IMG/VR virus record: IMGVR_UViG_3300035675_000001
Length of the DNA stretch: 64,000 nt
Reading direction: 5' to 3' (one strand)
Source of the DNA: a virus
Lineage: Duplodnaviria; Caudoviricetes
Shown here: piece after piece, positions 9,012-18,600 of the stretch
Layout: each line of letters opens with the position of its first letter
Numbering within the stretch: the first letter of the stretch is position 1
Program-made: the position numbers and the translations under genes
Notes under the pieces: model-generated
Seen by the model: the letters and a program-made list of their open reading frames with translations, nothing else
Databases searched by the model: none
Told to the model about the DNA's origin: nothing

Positions 9012-9505
9012 GTCGCAGCTTTTTTCAAGATAGCCGTGGTGCTCACATTGGGCACCGGGCGGACCAGCCGGATGACGCAGTTCATCCCCAAGGCAGCTTC
9101 CCGCTCGCCCGCGTCCAGGGTCTCCATCGTGTAGTCACCGCCCTTCACCCAAACGTGGGGCCGGGCGTGTTGCAAGAAACTGGTCGCCCGCAGGTCATCG
9201 AAAATGTAAACAATATCCACCGCTTCGAGGGCAGCGATCACTGCGGCCCGGTCGTGCTGGCTGTTGACCGGGCGCGTCGGACCCTTCAACTGCCGAACCG
9301 ACGCATCGCTGTTGACCCCGACAACCACGAACTCGCCTTCCATCCGCGCCTGCTCCAGCAGGTAGATGTGGCCCGGATGAAGGATGTCGAAGCAGCCGTT
9401 GGTCGCAACCACGCGGCAGGCTTTGGGCAGCATGGCCCGCCAGGCGATCAAACCTGCCAGGTCCATGATCTTCTCCTCGGCGGAGCTGTAGTAGTCAGTG
9501 TCCAT
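9008..9505 (-). CDS. rfaE2: ADP-heptose synthase adenylyltransferase (HldE C-terminal / RfaE2-like cytidylyltransferase family)
   Basis: TNGCFDILHPGH (HxGH), VGVNSDASVRQLKGPTRP, VKGGDY motifs. Confidence 0.85.
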   Translation of the reverse strand: MDTDYYSSAEEKIMDLAGLIAWRAMLPKACRVVATNGCFDILHPGHIYLLEQARMEGEFVVVGVNSDASVRQLKGPTRPVNSQHDRAAVIAALEAVDIVYIFDDLRATSFLQHARPHVWVKGGDYTMETLDAGEREAALGMNCVIRLVRPVPNVSTTAILKKAAT

Positions 9506-10034
9506 GCTGTTTAAGAACCTGGAGCCAGTAGGTCACGTCCTCCGGCGTCATGGTGTCGTAGATGGTGGTGTGGCCCTCGTGCGGTTCCTCCAGGGATTCG
9601 ACCCAGGCTTTGAAGTGCGGGTCGCGGGCCAGGGCGCTCTCGAACGCCTGGTAGAGCTGGCCGACCTGGGTCCGGCGCTCGTGCTCCTTCACGAACGGAA
9701 CGGCCACGCGCATGGCTGCCGCCCGCAGGGACTTGGGCGACAACATTCCGGCCCAACCGCTTTCCCTGGTGAACTCGCGTGGCCAAGGCTCGATGTGGGG
9801 GCCACGGATGCGAAGCAGATAACGAGCGCCGGTGCGGTGCTCCAGGGTGACCGTGTATTCGCCAATCTGCCGGACCCAATCCCGGCCTTCTTCTGGCATT
9901 TCCTCCATGAAGGCGTGAACAATCTGGCTGGCAAGTCCCTCTGCCGAAGTGTCCTGATAGACCTCTTTGAAATCAATATCGTCCTCCTCCGCTTCGAGAA
10001 GGCCGTTCAAGATCAATTCGGTTTCGCTTCGCAC
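9495..10034 (-). CDS. hypothetical protein with N-terminal acidic tag (LLEAEEDDIDFKEV)
   Basis: GTG start 4 nt after GTAGTTA motif. Confidence 0.7.
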   Translation of the reverse strand: MRSETELILNGLLEAEEDDIDFKEVYQDTSAEGLASQIVHAFMEEMPEEGRDWVRQIGEYTVTLEHRTGARYLLRIRGPHIEPWPREFTRESGWAGMLSPKSLRAAAMRVAVPFVKEHERRTQVGQLYQAFESALARDPHFKAWVESLEEPHEGHTTIYDTMTPEDVTYWLQVLKQHGH

Positions 10035-10693
10035 GCCTTAACTACCCCCGGAACTTTGTGGGGGTGGGTTATGGCCCAGGGCGTCAGGTCGGCGGGCAGC
10101 CAATCGTGTTTACAGAGGGAGATGATCTCGGCGTGGTTGCCCCAGGACATGCCGCACGCCCGGAGGCCCCACATGATGATCCGATCCGTGGACAAATACC
10201 CCTTCCACTCCGCCCAGTCGTAGTCGTAGTCCCTCTTGAACGCCCAGGTCTTCCAGTCGGTCAGGGCCGGAAAGGTGAACACCTTGCTGTCGTAGAGCTT
10301 TTGCGCGGATGTGCGCCAAAAAGCCTGGCAGCCGCCCTGGATGTGCTCCTGGACCTCGCCTTTGCCCAGCAGGCTGCCGAAGCAGTCCACATCCGGGATG
10401 TAGCTCAACTTGCGGCTGATCCTGGCATCGGGGTCAAACTTGAAGATGATGTCGCCGGTCTCGCGCAGCGCCTCCTCGAAGAAGCTGTGCCACCAGTTCC
10501 CGCCCTCCGGCTGGACCTTGAGCGGCTTGGGCCGCTGGACAAACTTGGCGGGCACTGCTGCCAGATCAGTGCGGGGCTGATCCGCAACGATAACGACGGA
10601 CCCACCAGGGTAAGCCTTCCAGATCAGGTCAACGCAGAAGGTGATAAGGTCAAGGCTCTCCGAAGCAACAGTTACCACGAAAATCGGTTTCAC
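10013..10693 (-). CDS. glycosyltransferase-like protein (GT-A fold)
   Basis: beta-strand then KFDPDA DxD-like motif, HIQGGCQ; family not resolvable by eye. Confidence 0.5.
   Translation of the reverse strand: MKPIFVVTVASESLDLITFCVDLIWKAYPGGSVVIVADQPRTDLAAVPAKFVQRPKPLKVQPEGGNWWHSFFEEALRETGDIIFKFDPDARISRKLSYIPDVDCFGSLLGKGEVQEHIQGGCQAFWRTSAQKLYDSKVFTFPALTDWKTWAFKRDYDYDWAEWKGYLSTDRIIMWGLRACGMSWGNHAEIISLCKHDWLPADLTPWAITHPHKVPGVVKACEAKPN
10039..10045 (-). promoter_or_regulatory. GTAGTTA putative late-promoter motif
   Basis: same heptamer 4-7 nt before starts at 22064, 26629, 35046, 38029, 39026, 46744, 56452 and (ATAGTTA) 15603. Confidence 0.6.
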
Positions 10694-10705
10694 GGGACAG
10701 AGAAC

Positions 10706-10728
10706 AAAAAAGCCCCACCGAGCAGGGC
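10706..10728 (-). terminator. intrinsic terminator
   Basis: GCCCTGC-TCG-GTGGGGC stem (with G-U pairs) followed by T6. Confidence 0.6.
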
Positions 10729-10861
10729 CTTGTCACTTCCAACCGGATGGCGTATCGGCGTTGCCGCCGACCACTTCACTTCCATCCTTCGCTCCAAACG
10801 CCTGGGAGAGTGAGTTCCCGACTTACGGGGCTGGAGTGAAAGGCATAAGCGCCCGATGGGG

Positions 10862-11308
10862 CTAAGTGTTGACCACCGTGAAAGGTGGGTCTTTGCGGTA
10901 GTCGATCCAACTGCCAGAGGGACGGTATCTCGCCAGAAAGCCGAGGTTGGCTTCCTTGGTCGCCATGCGTAGCGCGATGATGACCTGGGGCGGGAGCGCC
11001 TTGAGATAGTCGTCCCACCAGTTGAACCAACGCCAGAAGAAGCTGGAGAACTGCCCGTAGCGTTCCACGGGCAGCACGATGTCAAAGCGCGTGGTTGAGT
11101 CAGCCACATAGCAGAGCTGACTCAACAGCGCGTTGAATTTTTGGCCGAACTCCTCGTTGCTCAACTCCTCTTTGTGGAGCGCAGCGTGGATGGTCTTGAG
11201 TTCATTCACCAAGCCAAAGCAGGCCATGAACACGGAGACCTCGGCGGCATTAACCGCGAACTCTTTGTCTTCGGTTCGGACCTTCTTTGGCTTGGTGGTG
11301 GTTTTCAT
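10862..11308 (-). CDS. hypothetical protein
   Basis: 148 aa, ATGA-coupled to the upstream gene. Confidence 0.65.
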   Translation of the reverse strand: MKTTTKPKKVRTEDKEFAVNAAEVSVFMACFGLVNELKTIHAALHKEELSNEEFGQKFNALLSQLCYVADSTTRFDIVLPVERYGQFSSFFWRWFNWWDDYLKALPPQVIIALRMATKEANLGFLARYRPSGSWIDYRKDPPFTVVNT

Positions 11309-11580
11309 GCGACCAGTTGTTTCTCGTCTTCCAGAGAGAAGAACTGAAACGCACGAGCAATTACCTCGTCGCGTCGCATGTTTACCGCATCAAGGCCCTG
11401 CTTGGCCAGTTCGGCAACCATGTTCACGGTGAGGTTGCTATACCGCTTCTGGATGCCCCTTCGATTTTTGAGAGTGCGCGTTCCAGACTCGCGCATCTTG
11501 CTCTTGAAAAATGGATCACCGGAGAGCACCTGCTCAACGACATCCATTCGTCCGGGAGCTGATAGACTTGTGATGTTCAT
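11305..11580 (-). CDS. small hypothetical protein, possibly DNA-binding
   Basis: ATG (MNITSLS) 9 nt after a sigma70-like -10 box. Confidence 0.55.
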   Translation of the reverse strand: MNITSLSAPGRMDVVEQVLSGDPFFKSKMRESGTRTLKNRRGIQKRYSNLTVNMVAELAKQGLDAVNMRRDEVIARAFQFFSLEDEKQLVA

Positions 11581-11589
11581 ATCGTGTGA

Positions 11590-11619
11590 ATAATATCGTT
11601 TACAATTTCTTTTCGTCAA
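11590..11619 (-). promoter_or_regulatory. sigma70-like early promoter
   Basis: TTGACG-N18-TATTAT. Confidence 0.6.
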
Positions 11620-11684
11620 GGGCAATCCGTTATTGTTTACTTTCTAAAGTCCTATTTCACAGCCAGTTGGCATGGGGTATTCAC

Positions 11685-12068
11685 CTACCCCGCAGCCGTA
11701 ACCGTTTGGCTTTGTTCAGCATCCACTATGATGTGGACGGCTGCGAATAACTTTTTCGACACCCGGCCCACCCGCCACGGCTGCACGTCCACCTGGAGGC
11801 GCTTGTAGAGCCTGGGATGCGTTTTGTCCGCAACCATCTTGATCCAGGTGCGAATCTGGCGCTCCGACATTTTGTAAGCCCCGCCGCCCGGCATGGGCTT
11901 CTCATAAACGGCCAGGTCCAGCTCATAGCGGTGGTTACGCCGCCGAGCTGTCGCATTGCCGAAAACCCCGCCGAGCTGTCTCTGGAAAAAGGCAACGACC
12001 CGGCGCAGCCGGGTCGCGTCACTGATCTCTCGCTCGGTCAGAGCTGTAAAGTAGCGTCGCACGCTCAC
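11685..12068 (-). CDS. hypothetical protein
   Basis: GTG start overlapping the upstream stop. Confidence 0.55.
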   Translation of the reverse strand: MSVRRYFTALTEREISDATRLRRVVAFFQRQLGGVFGNATARRRNHRYELDLAVYEKPMPGGGAYKMSERQIRTWIKMVADKTHPRLYKRLQVDVQPWRVGRVSKKLFAAVHIIVDAEQSQTVTAAG

Positions 12069-12631
12069 GTCTTATCTACGGGGGTTACCAGCGCGGAGCG
12101 GTCGATGCCGCGCACCCAGTAGAAGGGGTCGATCACCTGGCCGTCCTCCTGGTCGCGCACCGCGCCCTTGTGGGGGGAGTCATAACGCAAAACTGTAAAC
12201 AATCTCTTGTTCCAGCGAATCACGTCCCCTGGTTCAAATCCACGGCTGCGGACCTTCACCTGTCGGCCCTTCCAAAAATCCACGATCTGCTTCACGCGCT
12301 GCTTGGACAGGGGCACCAGAGTCTCCTTACCGTTAACGACTATCCGGCGCGGGTTGCGGCGTCCCACATCCTCCAGGGTAATGCCCGGCTCCGTCGCGTC
12401 GCGCAGAATCTTCATGGTCCGAGCGTCAGGCACCTGGAGCTTGCGCCCGCCGTGGGGTCGGCCCTGGCACTTGGCAATCCTGGCCAGGTTGTTGACGGTC
12501 GAGAGGCTGACCTCGTGCTTCTTGGCGATCTCCGCAAGGCTGTAGCGGAAGTCACCGTTGGGCAGCTTCTCCTTGTAGTCCTCGATGATTTGCACCTGGA
12601 CCTTACCGCTGATGTATCTGATTCGTTTCAT
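12065..12631 (-). CDS. helix-turn-helix DNA-binding protein with sigma70 region-4-like segment
   Basis: SLAEIAKKHEVSLSTVNNLA HTH; TLEDVG...LSKQRVKQI resembles region 4. Confidence 0.6.
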   Translation of the reverse strand: MKRIRYISGKVQVQIIEDYKEKLPNGDFRYSLAEIAKKHEVSLSTVNNLARIAKCQGRPHGGRKLQVPDARTMKILRDATEPGITLEDVGRRNPRRIVVNGKETLVPLSKQRVKQIVDFWKGRQVKVRSRGFEPGDVIRWNKRLFTVLRYDSPHKGAVRDQEDGQVIDPFYWVRGIDRSALVTPVDKT

Positions 12632-12637
12632 AGGTAG

Positions 12638-12664
12638 AAAAAAGGGGCTGGCCCGGCCAGCCCC
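12638..12664 (-). terminator. intrinsic terminator
   Basis: GGGGCTGGC-CGG-GCCAGCCCC perfect 9-bp stem plus T6. Confidence 0.8.
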
Positions 12665-12681
12665 ATGTAGAACGGATTGGA

Positions 12682-13389
12682 CTACTTCTCCTCGCCTTCG
12701 GCTGCCTTGGGGCAAGGAACAAAATTGGTCTGGTTCTTGACGACCTCGCTGATCTTCTGGTTGGTCTCCAGGTCGAAGTCCATCCAGCGCCGGTTGTGGA
12801 AGTCCGGGAGGGGCTGGACCGACTCGCTGGTCGAGAGGGGGTTCGGGACACCCAGCTCCTTACTGACCGCCTCCAGGGCTGCGAAAATCTTGTCGTAACG
12901 CTTCTGGTCGAACCGACCATCGGCACCCAGGAACACGGTGCTGTCGAACGTGCCGACCATCGTGCGGATCAAGTAGTCGTTGATGTCGGGCTTCCTGCCC
13001 GCCTTGGTGCGGATTTCACCAAACAGGGCCTCGGCCATCGCGGGAGCCACGGCGCTGTATTTGCTCGTGAAGGTGACGCGGGTCACTTCCTCGGCGTCGT
13101 CCTGGAGCTTCACGCTGGAGATCGCGTCCCAGGGGCGCTCGCTGTTGTGCCGGAACAGTTCGGCCAAGGCGTCGGGCAGCATGACCGGCTTGAGGTCTTT
13201 CATCAGCTCCTCGGCCTCCTTCATGACCGCAGCCGCCTCGTTGTAGCGCGTGGGGTAGTCGCCCTCGACGATGATGGTGGGGATGTCGCCCTTCTTCACA
13301 GCCTTCTGGATGGACTTGACCTTGATGGGAGCGAGGACGTTCTTGGGGGTGCCGTTTTTCTTCGTAGTTTTGGTAGCCATATCTTTCAT
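12682..13389 (-). CDS. hypothetical protein (early)
   Basis: 235 aa between a sigma70 promoter and a terminator. Confidence 0.75.
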   Translation of the reverse strand: MKDMATKTTKKNGTPKNVLAPIKVKSIQKAVKKGDIPTIIVEGDYPTRYNEAAAVMKEAEELMKDLKPVMLPDALAELFRHNSERPWDAISSVKLQDDAEEVTRVTFTSKYSAVAPAMAEALFGEIRTKAGRKPDINDYLIRTMVGTFDSTVFLGADGRFDQKRYDKIFAALEAVSKELGVPNPLSTSESVQPLPDFHNRRWMDFDLETNQKISEVVKNQTNFVPCPKAAEGEEK

Positions 13390-13415
13390 TCGTTGATTGT
13401 TAAACTGACTGGTAA

Positions 13416-13444
13416 AACGTAAACTATCTTGAGTTCGGTGTCAA
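13416..13444 (-). promoter_or_regulatory. sigma70-like early promoter
   Basis: TTGACA-N17-TACGTT. Confidence 0.65.
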
Positions 13445-13463
13445 TAGGGTTCGTGCATTTTGT

Positions 13464-14288
13464 TCAGAGATTCGAGTGCGGGCGTTTCCAGCCGCCCCAG
13501 GAGTCGGACTTGAAGCTGACGGCATCCAGGGCCTTGATGTTGGTGATGGCTTCCTCGACCGTGGTCACGCGGAAGCTGGCTTCGAGCTGGCAGTCCATGC
13601 GCTTATACTCCACGTCGAAATACCACTCGCCGCCCTCGTTCACGCGGCCACTGTCGGCCAGGCGCAGGTGCCGGGCGTCGGTCGTGGTGACGCCTGCGTC
13701 GCGGAGGGACTTCTTGAACGCGGCCTCGAAGCCCTTGCGCTCGGCGTCGCACTTCTCCTGGAAGCGATTCTGCGCGGCCCGGCCCAGGGCGAGCTTCATC
13801 TTCTCGCGGATGTGCTTGGCCAGATTCTTGATGGCCAGGTTGGTGACCGGCTTGTCGCTGCCCGCGATGCGGACGTTGCCGTCGTAGAAGCTGATCTCGA
13901 CCGTGGCGTCCTTGTCGTTGGGGTGGACGATCTCGTAGGTGTCGCCATGACCGTGCTTGTAGCGTTCCCAGCAGTTGGCGGTCGCGGCAGCCACGTTGGC
14001 CACGAGCTTTTCGCGGAAGGCAATGCGGAGGGCGTTGCCGAAACTGGCGGAGAGGCCCAGGTGCTCGTCCACTTCCACGGGTTTGCCCGTGATGGAGAAG
14101 ACGCCGTTCAAGTAGGTGATGGCCAGCTCCAGCTCGCCCTGGCGGGCGATCCAGCAGAGAGCGCCTTCGGGCACGTTCTGCGGAGGAAGGGTGGAGTCCC
14201 AGGCGTGGATGGTGCAGTTGGCGCGGTCCATCGCAGGCTTCATGATGTCGTCGGTTACGTTTAGAGCTTTCATAGTTTTGTCGTTCAT
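13464..14288 (-). CDS. hypothetical protein (early)
   Basis: ATG (MNDKTMKAL) 10 nt after the -10 box. Confidence 0.7.
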   Translation of the reverse strand: MNDKTMKALNVTDDIMKPAMDRANCTIHAWDSTLPPQNVPEGALCWIARQGELELAITYLNGVFSITGKPVEVDEHLGLSASFGNALRIAFREKLVANVAAATANCWERYKHGHGDTYEIVHPNDKDATVEISFYDGNVRIAGSDKPVTNLAIKNLAKHIREKMKLALGRAAQNRFQEKCDAERKGFEAAFKKSLRDAGVTTTDARHLRLADSGRVNEGGEWYFDVEYKRMDCQLEASFRVTTVEEAITNIKALDAVSFKSDSWGGWKRPHSNL

Positions 14289-14298
14289 TCTGATGAAG

Positions 14299-14327
14299 AA
14301 TGTAAACGAAACCCCGTTCGCCGTCAA
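14299..14327 (-). promoter_or_regulatory. sigma70-like early promoter
   Basis: TTGACG-N17-TACATT. Confidence 0.65.
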
Positions 14328-14394
14328 GAGGGAACGTGTAAAAAGATGAAAAAAGTTTCAGCGTTGGAAGTCGCTGAAAACAAGGAAGATGGGA

Positions 14395-15603
14395 TCAGAC
14401 GGTGACCTGGACCGTCACAAAACTCTGAATCGGAATCACCGCAGTCGCGTTGAATCGGTCGAAAACTGTGAGGTTTCCGGTGATGGTGCGCGGCCCGCCC
14501 GCGAGCGCATCATCGCTGTAGTAGTCGTATTGGTCAGGCCGGAGCATGACCGTCTTGCCCCACAACTGAACATTGGGCGGCTCCCAAAAATCCCAGCGGT
14601 AGTTGAGCAGCAGATTATTCCGGTCAGTCGCCGTGCCGGTGAAGTGGACGTAGCTGGTATTCAGGATCGAATAAACCCCACCCACGACCGGAGCATCGGT
14701 TGAAACTGAATGGATGACCGGCGTCTGCGAAGCGTTGAGCTGGACCGTTTGCTTCAACTCAATCGACTGGCCGGTCGCCACGTTGAGCACGGTGCAACGA
14801 GCGGTCTTGAGGCCAGGATATTGAGCCGCGACGCCAATCACGATCTGGCTGCGGTAGGAGCCGTTGGAGAGCTGGGCCGGGGTTTGGACGGTGGTATAGT
14901 TGAACGTCCACCCGTCGTAGGTCTGGAGCGACCAGGTGAACTGGAGCTGCCCTGGGTTCAGGTCGATGGCATAGACCGTGAAGGTCACTGTCTGGCCAGG
15001 ACCGATTACCACTTCGCCCAGGTTGTTCGTGTTGCTGATGATCGAATTGCTGATGGCCGATCCGCCGCCCGTCAGACCGGTGGGCGCGTAGCCCCGGATC
15101 GAATAGTCGAGCGCCGTCACACCCGCGTTGGCATCCGTAATCCGCTGGGTGAACGTCAGGTTGTTGTTGACGTTGGGCCAGGTGTAATAGTTCCGGTAGG
15201 TGCCCGCCGAAGGGATGGTGGTCGTCCCGGAACCGATGAACTGGTTGCCGACATACCAGGCAAAGCTTAGCGCCCCGGCTGCTTCGGGGTCATACGACCT
15301 GGTTTCCATCTGCGTGGAAAACGGAAACAGGCGGTCATTGGCAGTGATAACGGCGTTGCCGATGATGACCGGGGGAGAGTTGACCGTGACGCTCGTAGTC
15401 AGCGTGCTGTAAGCCCCGAACTCGTTGCAGTATTGGCAGGTGACCGGAAGGTTGACGCCGCCGACGTTGAGCTTCTTGTCAACGGTGGGGACCACGGTCA
15501 CATCCACCGTGTTGTCCCACCACTTCCAGACGTAAGTCAGGTTGTTGCCGCCCGGAGGGGCAGCCGCAACCGTGAACGTCTTGATGTCGCCTACATTGTT
15601 CAT
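14395..15603 (-). CDS. virion structural protein with PKD/Ig-like beta repeats
   Basis: T/V/N-rich beta strands, LTYVWKWWD and LNYRWDF PKD-like motifs; coupled to the baseplate wedge gene. Confidence 0.6.
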   Translation of the reverse strand: MNNVGDIKTFTVAAAPPGGNNLTYVWKWWDNTVDVTVVPTVDKKLNVGGVNLPVTCQYCNEFGAYSTLTTSVTVNSPPVIIGNAVITANDRLFPFSTQMETRSYDPEAAGALSFAWYVGNQFIGSGTTTIPSAGTYRNYYTWPNVNNNLTFTQRITDANAGVTALDYSIRGYAPTGLTGGGSAISNSIISNTNNLGEVVIGPGQTVTFTVYAIDLNPGQLQFTWSLQTYDGWTFNYTTVQTPAQLSNGSYRSQIVIGVAAQYPGLKTARCTVLNVATGQSIELKQTVQLNASQTPVIHSVSTDAPVVGGVYSILNTSYVHFTGTATDRNNLLLNYRWDFWEPPNVQLWGKTVMLRPDQYDYYSDDALAGGPRTITGNLTVFDRFNATAVIPIQSFVTVQVTV

Positions 15604-18600
15604 GTGATAACTATGGGTCCGTAAACCGGGAGCGTGGGCACGGGCGGATCAGAGATGACCGCTGGCGTGTTCATCACGATGTCTTCCTTCCGCTCAACGG
15701 TCGTAGCCGTCAGCACATTGGACATGGGGTAGCGGGACTGGAACGTCTCGTTGGAGCTGTAAATCCTGGACTCGTGCGTGTAGCTGTAGGCCGTTCCCCA
15801 GCTCGTGATCGCCGCCATCCAGCCGCCCGGCGTGGCCGGGAAGTCCGTGCCCGTGGTGCTGACCTCAGTGATCGAGCTGCCGGTCGCCGTGAGCTTGAGC
15901 TGGTAGAGCGTGGTGTTCAGCCGGACCATGCGGTAGCCGTAGATGGCGAGCTGGCGGGCCGTGCCCCGGCGCTCATCGCGGAGCGCGTTATACCAGTTGA
16001 TGTCCAGCAGCCAGGAGTTGCCGCTGTAGCCGAGAGTGTTGCCGGGCAGCACATGCGGCAGGGTGAAGTCGAACGTGTCCGTGCTCTGGAAGTTCGCACC
16101 GGTCTTGCCCGCGCAGAGCGTCGCCTCAAACGGGATGTCACCAACCGTGATGATGACTTTGAACCCATCAAAGTTCTCATCCACCTGGCCGATGTTGCCA
16201 GAGTCAATCTCCAGGCGGTAAAAGCCCGGCAGCGCCGTCTCGTCGTTCTCGAAGGAGATGTTGCCGTCCACGTTGAGTGCTGGAAGGCTTAGGCTGACAC
16301 CGAAACTTGTCGGGTTGGCCCAGTTGGAGTAAGCCTGCGCCTGCGTCGCGCTGGTCACGACCTCCTCGTTCCCATACATGAAAATCCAGGGCGCATTGAC
16401 GGTGCCCGCGTAAGCAGCGGCATAGACCTGGCCCGACGTGTTGACCCGAAGCTGCTTGCTGTAGCCCGTGTCCGTGAGCACCACTTCCCCGCCCGTGGGC
16501 TGCTCGGAATAGAGAAGCTTGGCCGGATGGTAAACCTTGGCCACACCAGGGCTGGCCAGCCGGATGTCGTAGGTGCCCGATGAGGGGAGGACGCTGCCGC
16601 CCAGGATGCGACCTTTAGGCAGGACCGTCCAGAGACCGTTGTCCGTGGTCGAATCGGTTCCAGCTACGACCAGGAGTTGGCGCGGGAAGATGGTCCCGTA
16701 GCTGGTTACGCCGTAGCAATGCGTGCCGCCAATGCCCGCCGACTGGACGAGCTGGAGCAACGGAGCATAAGTGCCCTCGGTGCCACTGAGCATCAGCTCG
16801 GCATCGGAGCGTTGGGTGAACAGCTTTTGAGCTGACAGGCCGAACGCCTGAGTGCCGCTTCGGACGACCTTGATTTCGTAAACGTAACTGTCGTCGCCTT
16901 CGACCCAAATGCGGTCCCGGCAGGGGTTCGTCGCCATCATGGCGTTGGGCCACGGAATCGTAGTGCCCGTGCTGAACCAGGTCGGGATAATGCCGTATTT
17001 GGTGCTGCCGGACTCCAGCAGTTGCATGACCTGCGGCGGAGGATTGTCGAACATCCAGGCGTCGTTCATCCCGTAGCCCTGGCCCTTCCAGCCAGAAACG
17101 ACCACGGTGCCTGCGGCGGTCAGGGTATCCCATTGCTCGCCGAGCACCTGCCTGACAGGCAGGGTTGGGCCGCTGCCGATGCCAGTCTCTTTGAACCGGG
17201 ACTGAGCCTGGTATTGGCCGGTCGCGTCATAGCGCGAGACCCAGGCTTCCGAAGGCGTCTCGATGGACGAGGGCAGCAGGTCTGGCATGACATACCCGCT
17301 GTCGAGCACCTTGACCCCGTAGCGGTCATAGTCGTTGACACACGTCAGGTAAGCCGGGCGGTAAAGGCACGCGGTCGGGTTTGGATCGTGGTAGCGGACC
17401 AGCTCCAGCTCCTCGATGGTCTTGACGGAGTTCCACACCCGCAGGTCGTGGATGCGGTAATCCAGGGTGGTGCCCACAACGCCGACAGATTGATCCTCGG
17501 TCCAGATGTGGTCGGTGTAGGTTTGGGCATCCACCTGCGCGACCGGAGTGCTCATCGTGGCCTGGTAGCAGGTCCAGGCGCTCACGCCGTCGTAGGTGAA
17601 GGAGAAAAAGTTCCAGCCAGGAGAAGCCATGCCGCTGAGAAGCACCCAGTTGGTGTTCCCATCGCTGTCCACGCTGCCGACATTCAGAATGTTCGAGAAC
17701 GTGATCTTGATGCTGCCCACCTGGATGAGATAGGGAGCTGGCAAAGCCACACCTTCCGGCACCATCAACCAGAAACTCACGGTAACCGGCCCGCTCAGGT
17801 CTCGGCTATGAGGGTCGGACCTGAAATCCAAACCAGGAGGCACCCGCAAGTGCCAGCCGCGCCATTGATCGAACTCGCGCCCAAAAGGCGTCGCGTTGAG
17901 CGGAATCATGTCCGTGCTGATGACAGAGTGGTCAATCAGCGGCGGTGCGTCAAACGGATGCTCGTTGAAGGGGAACCAGCCCACGAGATTATCGCGGTGG
18001 TGCCTGCCGAAGAACTTCACCGGGTCGGCAACCAGGACGCCTTGAACAAGGCCGAAGTGGTAGAGCCTCCAGCCCGGCTCAAACGCCCAATCCATGTCAT
18101 CGACACTGTGGTCAACACCCAGGTTGGCCGAGTGGTAGAAGTCAGTGGCTTCCTGAGAGAGCGTCCGGCGCGGCAGATCGTCCCGCTGGCGCGGGTCAAT
18201 ATGGTCGAGCGGGATGAAGGTGCCGTAATAGGCGACCGCCATCTGGCCCGGCACATAAGGCGTCAGTGGCCGCTCGTTGACCATGAAGCTGGGCGGGTTC
18301 GGCCCCAGCTTGTTGAGCGTGACATCATACTGCGCCCCGGTCTGGCTGAACACCGCAATACTCTGGCCAACCTGGGTCACGGTCACGTCCGGGGTGGGCG
18401 GGTTGTAAGTCGCCCGGTCGATCAGCTCGCCGCCGTTCACCAGGTCACGCCGCCACGGATACTCGTCAGACAGGTCCAGCATCGGCTCGTCGAGCTGGTC
18501 CTCCGGCCTCTCCTGGTAGGCCCGAACACAGTCAGGCTTGGTCAGGGTCCAGTTGTCCACCACGACATTGTTGATGGTCTGCACCATCCCGTTGAGACTG

